From Acidobacteriota bacterium (lineage in GTDB: Bacteria > Acidobacteriota > Blastocatellia > Pyrinomonadales > Pyrinomonadaceae), in NCBI GenBank assembly GCA_032159825.1, contig JAVHWL010000011.1:84003-148002 (forward strand): a stretch of DNA of 64,000 nucleotides, in the 5' to 3' direction. This document shows, piece after piece, positions 17,721-26,826 of this stretch (its first letter is position 1; every line of letters begins with the position of its first letter). Position numbers and translations under genes: made by a program. The notes under the pieces are model-generated. The model worked only from the letters and a program-made list of their open reading frames with translations, did no database searches and had not been told where the DNA came from.

Positions 17721-18356
17721 CTAAAAATCCAAATCTCCGTCTATTGTTTCCAGTTCAATTTCTTGTGCGACAAGTTCGCGCCAAACTTGCAGAAGACTTT
17801 CGTCTGCGCCTGAGCTTCGCAAAATTTGCGTTACTTCGCCTGCTTCATTCTTCAACTCTGGAAAAGTTAAGAGCAAAACTGCTAAATCACGCCAGTCTGT
17901 GCCGGACTTAGGCTTTCCGCGACGGGCATGATACGAGACCACTTTGCTGGCAACCAACTCAGCAGGCGAGAGGACTTTGATTCCTTCGATTGTTCGCGTT
18001 CCCGGCAATTGCGCGACAGGTCTCACATCAGCCAAATGGCGATTCCCTGTTTTTTGCACCTGATAAATACGAAAACCTTTGCTTTGACCAACCTCGCGCA
18101 CACGCACGGCAATATGAAACTTTTCGCTCAACATCTGGCGCAGTTCTTCAGCAAACTCTTTGGCGTGGAGCGAGAGCAGATCAATGTCCTGTGTCATGCG
18201 CGGCTCATCAACGTAAGCGTTCACAGCCTGCGCGCCGAACACAGCGACATCCTCGCGCCCGCGCAAAAATTCAAGCATCGTCTCCTGAATCGTCGCCAGT
18301 GGCAGCGGCTCACGCATCGCAAACTCCCTGAATGTCAAAACTCCCGTACTGAACAT
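17721..18356 (-). CDS. Nucleotidyltransferase-fold protein, AbiEii/DUF1814-like
   Basis: 211 aa. Contains [22 protein letters not shown] (G-x-A...R.T.DID pattern) and a distal [26 protein letters not shown] (K...R...D..D..L). It abuts the pgk stop (0 nt) and the tpiA start (2 nt). Confidence 0.55.
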   Translation of the reverse strand: MFSTGVLTFREFAMREPLPLATIQETMLEFLRGREDVAVFGAQAVNAYVDEPRMTQDIDLLSLHAKEFAEELRQMLSEKFHIAVRVREVGQSKGFRIYQVQKTGNRHLADVRPVAQLPGTRTIEGIKVLSPAELVASKVVSYHARRGKPKSGTDWRDLAVLLLTFPELKNEAGEVTQILRSSGADESLLQVWRELVAQEIELETIDGDLDF

Positions 18357-19550
18357 TTATTTATCGCTCAAAGCCGCCACACCTGGCAGCTCATCACCTG
18401 CAAGGAATTCCAAAGTTGCGCCGCCGCCCGTAGAGATGTGTGTGATCCGATCTGCGACGCCCGCTTGCGTGATAGCCGCAACGGAATCTCCGCCTCCGAC
18501 AATGACGGTCGCGCCTCTATCTGCTGCCTCCGCGACGGCCCGCGCAATTCCAACCGTTCCTTCATCGAAGGGCTTCTCTTCAAAGACACCCATCGGCCCG
18601 TTCCAGATAACCGTCTTCGCATCCTTCAATGCATTGCTGAAATGCGCGATGGTCTCAACGCCGATGTCTAAGCCGACCAGCCCGGCGTTCGTAAATTCAA
18701 TCGGAATGGTCTTACGACTGTGCAGCGGGTCGTAAGAGTCAACGACCTGATGATCCGTCGGCAGCAGTAGCTCAACTCCAGCTTCTGCCGCGCGCTTTTT
18801 GATCTGGCGCGCCGTTTCCAGCTTATCGTCTTCAACCAGGGATTTGCCAATGGTGAATCCTTCAGCTTTGAAGAACGTGTAAGCCATCGCGCCCCCGATC
18901 AGAAGTTTGTCAACGCGACGATCAATCAGCGCGTTGATGACCGCAATCTTGTCGGAGACTTTCGCGCCGCCGAGGATTGCCACAAACGGATGCTCAGGGT
19001 TGTTGATGACGCGGCCCAAATAATCCAACTCTTTCTCCATCAAGAGTCCCGCCGCAGACCTTTCAACAAATTTCGTGATGCCTGCGGTCGAAGCATGCGC
19101 GCGATGCGCCGCTCCGAAAGCATCGTTCACGTAAAGATCGCAGAGACTCGCCAACTCTTTTGCGAACCCCACGTCGTTCTCCTCTTCCTCTTTATGAAAA
19201 CGCAGATTCTCAAGCAGCAGCACTTCACCATTATGAAGCGCATCAACTTTCGCCTTCACTTCATCGCCAATGCAATCCACAGCAAACCCAACCTGCTTGC
19301 CAAGCAGCGACGATAGATGCTCTGCCACAGGCCGCAGGCTGTACTTCTCAACACGCTCGCCCTTCGGCCTGCCCAGATGCGACGCCAGGACGACGCGCCC
19401 GCCCTGCCCGGTCGCATACTCAATCGTCGGCAACGCCCCGCGTATCCGCGTATCATCCTCAACCTTGCCTTCCTTAATTGGCACGTTGAAATCCACACGA
19501 ATAAAAACGCGCTTGCCCTTGAGGTCGAGGTCTTTGATGGAAAGCTTCAT
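18357..19550 (-). CDS. pgk: Phosphoglycerate kinase
   Basis: Contains [21 protein letters not shown] and a GGGDS-containing C-terminal domain. Confidence 0.95.
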   Translation of the reverse strand: MKLSIKDLDLKGKRVFIRVDFNVPIKEGKVEDDTRIRGALPTIEYATGQGGRVVLASHLGRPKGERVEKYSLRPVAEHLSSLLGKQVGFAVDCIGDEVKAKVDALHNGEVLLLENLRFHKEEEENDVGFAKELASLCDLYVNDAFGAAHRAHASTAGITKFVERSAAGLLMEKELDYLGRVINNPEHPFVAILGGAKVSDKIAVINALIDRRVDKLLIGGAMAYTFFKAEGFTIGKSLVEDDKLETARQIKKRAAEAGVELLLPTDHQVVDSYDPLHSRKTIPIEFTNAGLVGLDIGVETIAHFSNALKDAKTVIWNGPMGVFEEKPFDEGTVGIARAVAEAADRGATVIVGGGDSVAAITQAGVADRITHISTGGGATLEFLAGDELPGVAALSDK

Positions 19551-19555
19551 AAGAG

Positions 19556-19620
19556 CAGTGACAAGTGACGAGTGACGAGCAGGAACGAGGCTTTAACTCG
19601 TCACTTGTCACTCGTCACTG
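19556..19620. repeat. Heptad-arm hairpin, GTGACGA family, between gap and pgk
   Basis: Left arm cagtgacaagtgacgagtgacgag pairs with right arm ctcgtcacttgtcactcgtcactg. Confidence 0.8.
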
Positions 19621-19622
19621 CT

Positions 19623-20630
19623 TTACAGTCCCTTTTGTGCGATGTATTTCACCAGATCGCGGACGCGGCAGGAGTAGCCCCACTCGTTGTCGTACCAGGA
19701 AAGAACCTTGACGAGGTTTCCGCCGATGACTTTTGTGTACTCGGCATCAACGATGGACGAGTTTGAATTCTTGCGGAAATCCACCGAGACCAGAGGCTCT
19801 TCCGAAAAAGCCAGAATGCCGCGTAGCTCTTCGTTGGCCGCATCCTTCAACGCCTTGTTGACCTCTTCGGTCGTGGTCTCGCGCTCGACCTCCATCACCA
19901 CGTCAATGAGCGAAACGTTCGGCGTCGGGACTCTCACGCTGATGCCGTCAAACTTGCCTTTGAGTTCGGGCAGCACGAGCGCGACGGCTTTGGCCGCGCC
20001 GGTCGAGGTCGGAATCATCGAAATGCCTGCGGCGCGCGCACGCCGCAAATCGCTGTGCGGCAGATCGAGAAGCTGCTGGTCGTTCGTGTATGAGTGAATC
20101 GTCGTCATCTGCGCCGAGCGGATGCCGAAATGCTCGTGAATTACTTTGGCTACGGGCGCGAGGCAGTTGGTTGTGCAGGAGGCATTGGAAATGATGTTGT
20201 GCTCGCGCGGGTCGTACTGGTCTTCGTTAACGCCGAGCACAATCGTGATGTCCTCGTTCTTGGCCGGAGCCGAGATGATGACCTTTTTGACTGTGCCGTG
20301 CAGGTGCTTACGCGCGTCTTCGGCTTTGGTGAAATGGCCTGTTGATTCAATCACGATCTCCGCGCCGACCGATTCCCAGTCAATGCGGCCTGGGTCTCTT
20401 TCAGAGAAGACACGAAACTCATCCGATTCAACTTTGATTCCGTTCTCCGTTGCGCTGATCTCGTGATCTAGATTGCCGAGCACTGAGTCGTACTTGAGCA
20501 GATGCGCGAGTGTCTTTATGTCCGTCAGATCGTTGACGGCGACGAAATCAATGTCAGGGTCGCCGAGCGCGGTGCGATAGACGTTCCGTCCGATGCGTCC
20601 GAAACCGTTGATGCCGACCTTCACAGCCAT
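19623..20630 (-). CDS. gap: Type I glyceraldehyde-3-phosphate dehydrogenase
   Basis: Contains MAVKVGINGFGRIGR and SNASCTTNCLAP. Start taken at ATG 20630, about 11 nt after AAGGAGG. The ORF-track TTG at 20639 is too close to the RBS. Confidence 0.93.
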   Translation of the reverse strand: MAVKVGINGFGRIGRNVYRTALGDPDIDFVAVNDLTDIKTLAHLLKYDSVLGNLDHEISATENGIKVESDEFRVFSERDPGRIDWESVGAEIVIESTGHFTKAEDARKHLHGTVKKVIISAPAKNEDITIVLGVNEDQYDPREHNIISNASCTTNCLAPVAKVIHEHFGIRSAQMTTIHSYTNDQQLLDLPHSDLRRARAAGISMIPTSTGAAKAVALVLPELKGKFDGISVRVPTPNVSLIDVVMEVERETTTEEVNKALKDAANEELRGILAFSEEPLVSVDFRKNSNSSIVDAEYTKVIGGNLVKVLSWYDNEWGYSCRVRDLVKYIAQKGL

Positions 20631-20748
20631 TCTTTTCAAAGCCTCCTTAATGTATCAACACATCCCACACAGAGCGCAAACGCCTTCGCCAGGAAGCATC
20701 TCCGAAGTAGAACAGGAGCCGGTGCGCTTTGGTTTAGAGAAAGGAAAG

Positions 20749-20776
20749 ATTATGCGTGCAGTGCTTGAGTGTCAAG
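20749..20776 (-). promoter_or_regulatory. Candidate sigma-70 promoter for the gap operon
   Basis: The minus strand reads TTGACA (20776-20771), a 16-nt spacer, then CATAAT (20754-20749), about 120 nt upstream of gap. Confidence 0.3.
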
Positions 20777-20843
20777 CGAACGCGCTGATAGCGTATGCTG
20801 CATTACTTAGTCTTCAAAGCCTCAAGATTGGGGATGGGTGGTT

Positions 20844-21074
20844 TTACTTTTGGACAGTCTCTTTCAGGTGGGTGCGAAACTCTTTGAAGTCTGCGCGGGT
20901 CTCCAGAGCCATGCTTTCAACTCGGTCAAGCCGAATTTCGATTCGCTCAAGCTTTTGCTCGACGGAAGCAAAACCCTTACGTATCTCTTCAGCCAAAGTA
21001 TTGAATCGCTCAAGCAGCGTCTCAATAGTCGGCTTAGTGTCCGCGCCCATTTTAAGCGTTGGGTCTTCGCTCAT
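20844..21074 (-). CDS. Small coiled-coil hypothetical protein
   Basis: 76-aa ORF with heptad-like charged periodicity (EQKLERIEIRLDRVES). I recognise no family for it. Confidence 0.4.
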   Translation of the reverse strand: MSEDPTLKMGADTKPTIETLLERFNTLAEEIRKGFASVEQKLERIEIRLDRVESMALETRADFKEFRTHLKETVQK

Positions 21075-21336
21075 GTCGAATTTCCTCTACCCTCATCATA
21101 CCATCTGGAATGCTGATTTTGAATTCCAACAACTCATAGAGGGTTTCAAGCGCAAAGAATTTTTTGAGCATCTTAAACTATGCGCTGACCGATGGGCCGA
21201 TATTTTCATTTTTGAAACCGCCTGCTTGTCTTCCACGTAATAAGCTTGTGCTTCATAGCGTCTTGTCTTTACCATCATTCGGTTATACGCTCTCGGTCTT
21301 GCTTGCCGTGTTTGATTCAAGGAGTTTTCCAATTAG

Positions 21337-23325
21337 ATGCTGAAGAATAATGTTCACAGAGTTTCGAGGGCAGTTGCGCTTTCACTGCTGCTCTGTAGCG
21401 CGTGTGTCTTTGTGACGGCGCAGACGCCATCTCCTACGCCGCCGCCCGCGAGTCCTACACAGCAAGACGCCACCAGGCCGCCGGGCGCTGAACGCAACCA
21501 GCCTATCCCCGAACAGGTGCGACCCGTCACGCCAGACCCGACTGCGCCTCCTGGGTCGCAGCGCCCTGCCCCGCAGGCTCCGCCCGGAACAAGCGTCACA
21601 CCGCAATCCGGCCCGCCCGCATCGCCCAACACACAGCCGATGCCGACCACAGATGCGCTGCCTCGTGGGACATCTGAGACAACGCTTCAGCCCGTGCCCG
21701 AATCAACGCCCGTCGCCGGACAAGAGGAGCCGCGCGAGCCGAATTACCCGACTGAAACGCCGCGCTCTGCTCCGCCCCTTCCGAGCCTGTCGCGGCTCGG
21801 AGTTTCGAGCGACGACACACTGACGCTGACGCTCAACGAAGCCATCCGTCGCGCGCTTGAGAACAACAACGACATAGAAGTTGCGCGCAACGATGTTCGC
21901 CTGGCGGAAACCACCTTAAAAGCGTTTCAGGGTGTTTATGATCCGACGCTCAACTTCAACCCTCAGCTTTCAAATCTTGTTCAGTCGCAGCAGAGCACGC
22001 TCGGCGGAGGCTCAGGTCAGGCGAACACGCTGACGACAACAGATTTCACCTTCGATAACAACGTCAACAAACTTTTCAGCGTCGGCGGAGGCTCATACCA
22101 GGTCTTCTTCAACAACCTGCGCCGCACGACCAACTCGCGCTTCAATCAAATCAGTCCGTCTTATTCATCGAATCTCGGCGTAACTTTCACGCAACCGCTC
22201 TGGCGCGACCGCTCGATTGACAACAACCGCCGCCAGATACGCATTCAACGCAAACGGCTCGAACAATCCGACGCTGACTTTCGACGCCGCACCATAGATG
22301 TCATCTCTCAAGTGCAGCGCGCCTACTGGGATTTGGTCTTCGCCCTACGCGATCAGCAAAACAAGGTTGCCAACCTGAACCTGACGCGCGAAAACCTGCG
22401 ACGTGTTGAAGCGCAGATTTCCGCCGGTGCGATTGCCCCGCTTGCGCGTGCGGAAGTGCAGACGGAGCTTTCCAACCGCGAGTCAGACTTGCTGGTCACA
22501 ACGCAGAGCGTCTCGATAGCGGAAAACTTGCTCAAGCAGTTAATCCTGCGCGATTCGCAATCACGCGAGTGGTCTTCGCAACTGACGCCGACCGACGCGC
22601 CAACTTTTGATGCGACGCCCATCAATCTCAACGACGCGCTCGCAGAAGCGCGCTCTAACCGTCCAGAACTGCGTCGCCTGAATCTGGGCCGCGACATCAA
22701 CGACATTGACTTACAATATTTCAAGAACCAGACACGACCGCGCATAGACCTTCAATCAACTTTTGCTACAACCGGGGTGGCTGGCACACCCATCATCACA
22801 ACTGACCCGCTAACGGGGCAGGTGATTCCGAACACAGTCCCCACCAGTCTGATCGGCGGCTACGGGCGCGACCTGAGTAACTTATTCAAATTCGGCACGC
22901 GCAACGTAGTGGCCGGAGTCGCCATCCAGATTCCGCTTCGCAACCGGACGGCGGAAGCGAATCTCACAGGCGCACGCATTCAGCGGACTCAACTTGAAGC
23001 TACGACGCGCTCACAGGAACAGATGATCGAAGTCGAAGTACGCAACGCGGCGCAGTCGGTCGAGACAGCCAGGCGGCGCGTTCTCGCCGCACGCTCGGCG
23101 CGCGAAAACGCAGAGCTTCAACTCACAGGCGAGCAGCGTCTCTATCAGGTCGGACGCTCAACCACGTTTCTGCTCTTCCAGCGTGAGAACCAACTTGCCA
23201 ATGCTCGCAACCTGGAACTGCGCGCCGAGACCGACTACAACAAAGCTCTGGCAGACCTACAGCGCGCAACCTCCACCACACTGCGCGCCAACAACATCAT
23301 TGTCGAAACCCCGACTGTGCCGTAG
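21337..23325 (+). CDS. TolC-family outer-membrane efflux protein with a Pro-rich N-terminal extension
   Basis: Has a signal peptide and a roughly 140-aa P/T/Q-rich tract. Two TolC-type repeats follow (LTLNEAIRRALENNNDIEVAR..., LQRATSTTL). Confidence 0.8.
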   Translation: MLKNNVHRVSRAVALSLLLCSACVFVTAQTPSPTPPPASPTQQDATRPPGAERNQPIPEQVRPVTPDPTAPPGSQRPAPQAPPGTSVTPQSGPPASPNTQPMPTTDALPRGTSETTLQPVPESTPVAGQEEPREPNYPTETPRSAPPLPSLSRLGVSSDDTLTLTLNEAIRRALENNNDIEVARNDVRLAETTLKAFQGVYDPTLNFNPQLSNLVQSQQSTLGGGSGQANTLTTTDFTFDNNVNKLFSVGGGSYQVFFNNLRRTTNSRFNQISPSYSSNLGVTFTQPLWRDRSIDNNRRQIRIQRKRLEQSDADFRRRTIDVISQVQRAYWDLVFALRDQQNKVANLNLTRENLRRVEAQISAGAIAPLARAEVQTELSNRESDLLVTTQSVSIAENLLKQLILRDSQSREWSSQLTPTDAPTFDATPINLNDALAEARSNRPELRRLNLGRDINDIDLQYFKNQTRPRIDLQSTFATTGVAGTPIITTDPLTGQVIPNTVPTSLIGGYGRDLSNLFKFGTRNVVAGVAIQIPLRNRTAEANLTGARIQRTQLEATTRSQEQMIEVEVRNAAQSVETARRRVLAARSARENAELQLTGEQRLYQVGRSTTFLLFQRENQLANARNLELRAETDYNKALADLQRATSTTLRANNIIVETPTVP

Positions 23326-23328
23326 AAA

Positions 23329-23430
23329 AGTCTGGAGTCTGGAGTCTGGAGTCGAGAGTCAAAGGCTAAAAACAGATTGCTTTTGACATCGGACGCGCTC
23401 TTGACGTACCAGACTCCAGACTCCAGACTC
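23329..23430. repeat. Heptad-arm hairpin, TCTGGAG family
   Basis: Left arm agtctggagtctggagtctggagtc pairs with right arm accagactccagactccagactc. An inner stem pairs gtcaaagg with cttttgac. Confidence 0.8.
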
Positions 23431-23433
23431 TTT

Positions 23434-24201
23434 TTGAAGATTACAGCCACCATCATCACCTTCAACGAAGCGGACAACATTCGCGCCGCATGCGAATCCG
23501 TTCATTGGGCGAATGAGATTCTTGTCGTGGATTCGGAGTCAACCGATGAGACGCGAGAGATTGCTGAAGGGTGCGGGGCGAGAGTCATCAATCGTGTGTG
23601 GCCCGGCTTCACCGCGCAGAAACAGTTCGCGGCAGATGAAGCGAAGCATGATTGGGTTTTCAGTCTGGATGCTGACGAGCGCGTCTCGGATGAGTTGCGC
23701 CACTCAATCGAAGATTTGCTCTATACCAGCGAGGATCGCTTGGCCGACGGCTATCGCCTCTCGCGCCGCTCTTTCTACATGGAACGCTGGATTCGCGGCG
23801 GCGGATGGTATCCAGATCACCAGCTACGTCTCTATAAGAAAGCGCGCGGACGCTGGCAGGGAGCGTATATACACGAGTCCGTGAAGATGGATGAGGGTAC
23901 ACGCATTGAAACTCTGAAGGGCGACATCCTGCACTACACAGGGCGCGACGCCGCTTATCATCACCGCATGATCGGCGAACGCTACGCCCCGCTCGCCGCG
24001 CGCCAGATGTTCGAGAGCGGCCAACGCACCTCCCTTCCACGCATCATGACCGCAGGGCCAGCCGCCTTCCTCCGCAGCTACATTCTCAAGGGCGGCTTCC
24101 GCGACCGTTTCCCCGGCTACGTCATCGCACGCTTCGCAGCCCACCATGCTTTTCTAAAACATTTGATGCTCTGGGAAATGCAGAAGAACAGTGACGAGTG
24201 A
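23434..24201 (+). CDS. Family-2 glycosyltransferase
   Basis: Contains KITATIITFNEADNI, ILVVDSESTDETREIA and LDADE. I prefer the TTG start at 23434, just after the hairpin arm. The ORF-track start at 23377 reads through the repeat. The last codons (NSDE) lie in the next hairpin. Confidence 0.75.
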   Translation: MKITATIITFNEADNIRAACESVHWANEILVVDSESTDETREIAEGCGARVINRVWPGFTAQKQFAADEAKHDWVFSLDADERVSDELRHSIEDLLYTSEDRLADGYRLSRRSFYMERWIRGGGWYPDHQLRLYKKARGRWQGAYIHESVKMDEGTRIETLKGDILHYTGRDAAYHHRMIGERYAPLAARQMFESGQRTSLPRIMTAGPAAFLRSYILKGGFRDRFPGYVIARFAAHHAFLKHLMLWEMQKNSDE

Positions 24202-24257
24202 CGAGTGACGAGTTAAAAACTTCTTTGCTTGTCGCTCGTCACTTGTCACTCGTCACT
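24190..24257. repeat. Heptad-arm hairpin, GTGACGA family, between convergent genes
   Basis: Left arm agtgacgagtgacgagtgacgag pairs with right arm cttgtcgctcgtcacttgtcactcgtcact. It contains both flanking stop codons. Confidence 0.8.
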
Positions 24258-25471
24258 ACATTTGTTCCTGGTAGCAAGCGGCGGGGCGTCGGGCCAGCGA
24301 TGACTTGCGGTGTGGCATGTGTGGTGACGACTTCGGCGAGCAGTTGGTCTTCGAGTTGGCGATTGTCCCAGATGCGATTGCCCTGATCCATGATGGCGAA
24401 GAGGATGATGCCTTCGTCCTGTGTGTAGACGATTCCCGCGAGGCTCGCCATCCCGCCGTCAACTTCCGACGTGAGCGTTCCGGTCTTGGCGACGACTGCG
24501 CCTTCAAGCCCCGTGCCCGCGAGCCTGCGCCGGAGCGTTCCCGCATCGTCGCTCGCCACAGGCATGATGTCGGAAGGTTCAAGACCCTGCCGCTTCGCTT
24601 CTTCGATGAGAGCGCGAATCACCGTCAACAGGTCGCGCGGCGTGAGACGGTTGTGCTCGCGCCCCGACACCGTTTCAATCGTTACCTGGTCGGGATGTAG
24701 TTTCAGTTCCTCAACAAGAAACTGCTGAACCCCGTTTGCTCCGCCAATCAGCGCGCCGATCTTCTCGGCAATGAAATTGCTTGACCGCGCATTCATGTAG
24801 AGCAGCACATCGCTCAACGGATTTGAGTTGACGATGGTGAGCGACTCGCTGCCCGTTTCTGTGCCAATCGTTGTTTTCGGATTGCCGAGCTTTAGAGCTT
24901 TGACCAGACGTGTGGCGGAATCTTCGGGCGAGTTGGTGAAGTTGAAACAGAACTCAGGCGAAACTACTACTTCACCCAAACGCTCTATGCCGCGCTCATG
25001 AAGCTCTTTACCAATAAGAGCCGCGCCCGCATCGCCAAACGTCGGGTCGCTCCCCTGTACGTAGAGCGTGGCCTTGCTATCCGTCTTGCCATCTGTGAAC
25101 ACACGAGTCTGGAAATGATAGCTCGCGCCAAGTTTCTTCAAGGCGACCAGAGAGGTTGAGAGTTTGAGGAGCGAAGCAGGATTAAACGTCATATCCGCAT
25201 TGAGAGAAGCGAACACACGTTTCCCGTCCAGAGATTCAATCAGGACTCCGTGAGTTTCAGGCGTTTCGCCGCGCGCCGCATACCACGAAGCCGCGTCAAC
25301 AGAGGGCTTGATGTCGGCTGGCTTTGCGTCCGCCTCATCCGCAGACGGCGGGAGAGCGAAGGCTATCTCTATATTCGTTCGCGCTTTGATGAAATGAGGG
25401 ATTAAGGTCAGGACGACGATGACGGCCAGGCCGCAGGCGATCATCCAGTAGATTGGCTGGCGACGATTCAA
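24239..25471 (-). CDS. dacB: D-alanyl-D-alanine carboxypeptidase/endopeptidase (PBP4, S13 family)
   Basis: Contains SxxK (PASLLK), SxN (SGREHN) and KTG (AKTGTL), plus an N-terminal TM/signal segment. Confidence 0.8.
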   Translation of the reverse strand: MNRRQPIYWMIACGLAVIVVLTLIPHFIKARTNIEIAFALPPSADEADAKPADIKPSVDAASWYAARGETPETHGVLIESLDGKRVFASLNADMTFNPASLLKLSTSLVALKKLGASYHFQTRVFTDGKTDSKATLYVQGSDPTFGDAGAALIGKELHERGIERLGEVVVSPEFCFNFTNSPEDSATRLVKALKLGNPKTTIGTETGSESLTIVNSNPLSDVLLYMNARSSNFIAEKIGALIGGANGVQQFLVEELKLHPDQVTIETVSGREHNRLTPRDLLTVIRALIEEAKRQGLEPSDIMPVASDDAGTLRRRLAGTGLEGAVVAKTGTLTSEVDGGMASLAGIVYTQDEGIILFAIMDQGNRIWDNRQLEDQLLAEVVTTHATPQVIAGPTPRRLLPGTNVVTSDK

Positions 25472-25608
25472 ACCTTCCCTCCGCGCGTTTTACATCTTTC
25501 GCAAACAAAGACGAAGCCGTATGATGCTTAAAGGTTGAAGCGCGCGTCAAGCGGGGGTGCGGTTGAAGTTCCCGAAAAGCGCGCTGGCCTTGACGGGACG
25601 ATTCTCGG

Positions 25609-26514
25609 ATGAAACTTACCTTAGCCTTCTTCGTTGACGGCCTGCTGGGATTGCCTCTGTGGGTGACGTGCGTTTTCGTGGCCGCGTTCGGCGCAATCAT
25701 CGGCAGTTTTCTCAACGTCGTCATCCATCGTCTCCCGCGCGAAGAGTCTATCGTCTTTCCCAATTCGCGCTGCCCTTCGTGCGAGGCTTTGATCGGCCCG
25801 CTAGACAACATCCCGCTCATCAGCTACGCGATTCTGCGCGGGCGCTGCCGCAAGTGTCGCGCGCCTATCTCGTGGCGTTACCCGGCGGTTGAACTCTTGA
25901 CCGCGATCACCTACGCGGTTGTGTTCCTGTGCGACGTTTACTGGCGCGGCGGGATGACCTACACCATTCTTTTCGATCTCATCTTCGTCTCGGCGCTCGT
26001 CGCGCTCATCTTCATAGACGCCGAGCACATGCTGCTGCCGAACGCCATCACGTATCCGGGAATCGTATTCGCCATCATCGCGCGCCTCGCGCTCCCCTAC
26101 CTCGTCGGGCCTTATGCATTCGACGACCTGCCCTCGCTCTGGTATGGGCCGTTCTCTGCGTGGCCTATGTGGGCTGTGTCGCTCCTGGGCGCTTGCTTGG
26201 GCGCGCTCGCAGGCGGTGGAACCTTATGGTTGGTAGGCTGGCTGTGGGAACGCATTCGCGGTGTGGAAGCGATGGGGCTGGGCGATGTCAAGATGATGTT
26301 CATGGTCGGGGCATATCTCGGCTGGCGTTTGACGATTCTGACGATTTTCGCGGGCGTGCTTACAGGTTCGATTATCGGAGTAGGGGTAATGATGCGGCGG
26401 CGCGAAAAAGACATGCAGATGCAGCTTCCCTTCGGCATCTTTCTAGGCATCGGCTCGATCTTCGCGCTGCTCATCGGCTCACGCATCATCGCCTGGTATG
26501 TAGCGCAATTTTAG
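25609..26514 (+). CDS. pilD: Prepilin peptidase / N-methyltransferase (A24 family)
   Basis: Contains IIGSFLNVVIHRLP, CPSC...CRKC, GLGDVKMM and multiple TM segments. Confidence 0.9.
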   Translation: MKLTLAFFVDGLLGLPLWVTCVFVAAFGAIIGSFLNVVIHRLPREESIVFPNSRCPSCEALIGPLDNIPLISYAILRGRCRKCRAPISWRYPAVELLTAITYAVVFLCDVYWRGGMTYTILFDLIFVSALVALIFIDAEHMLLPNAITYPGIVFAIIARLALPYLVGPYAFDDLPSLWYGPFSAWPMWAVSLLGACLGALAGGGTLWLVGWLWERIRGVEAMGLGDVKMMFMVGAYLGWRLTILTIFAGVLTGSIIGVGVMMRRREKDMQMQLPFGIFLGIGSIFALLIGSRIIAWYVAQF

Positions 26515-26534
26515 AAGCTGTTAGATAAACGCAT

Positions 26535-26723
26535 GAAAGCCCCAAAGGGGCGAAATAAGATAGCCTGTGGCATCGCCACAAGGGTTAGATTCGAGTTCAT
26601 TCCGCAAGCCCTGTAAGGGCGAAATAACTTATTCCGCCCTTACAGGGCTTGCGATGAAAATCATCACTTGTATCCTGGGGCGCGTGCCCCAGGCTATTAC
26701 ATTGTCGCCCCTTCGGGGCTTTT
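26535..26723. repeat. MITE-like nested-palindrome element (mosaic of mini-hairpins), copy A
   Basis: Terminal inverted repeats gaaagccccaaaggggcgaaataagatagcc and ggctattacattgtcgccccttcggggcttt. Internal hairpins are tgtggcatcgccaca, gcaagccctgtaagggcg...cgcccttacagggcttgc and cctggggcgcgtgccccagg. The second copy is at 28352-28501. Confidence 0.8.
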
Positions 26724-26826
26724 TCAAACAACATCTAAAAGCAGAAGTCAGGAGTAAGAAGAAAAGAAAAGCTAAAGGCGATCTCAGCTTTATAAATTCT
26801 GGCTTCTGAATCCTGCCTTACAAACA

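Noticed and set aside
26567-26809. 80-aa ORF (MASPQGLDSSSFRKPCKGE...) and the 94-aa ORF at 28327-28611.
   Set aside because: They are read through the nested-palindrome repeat copies. Their peptide content (SPLRGF, AQGNALG) is repeat-derived and not evidence of coding.
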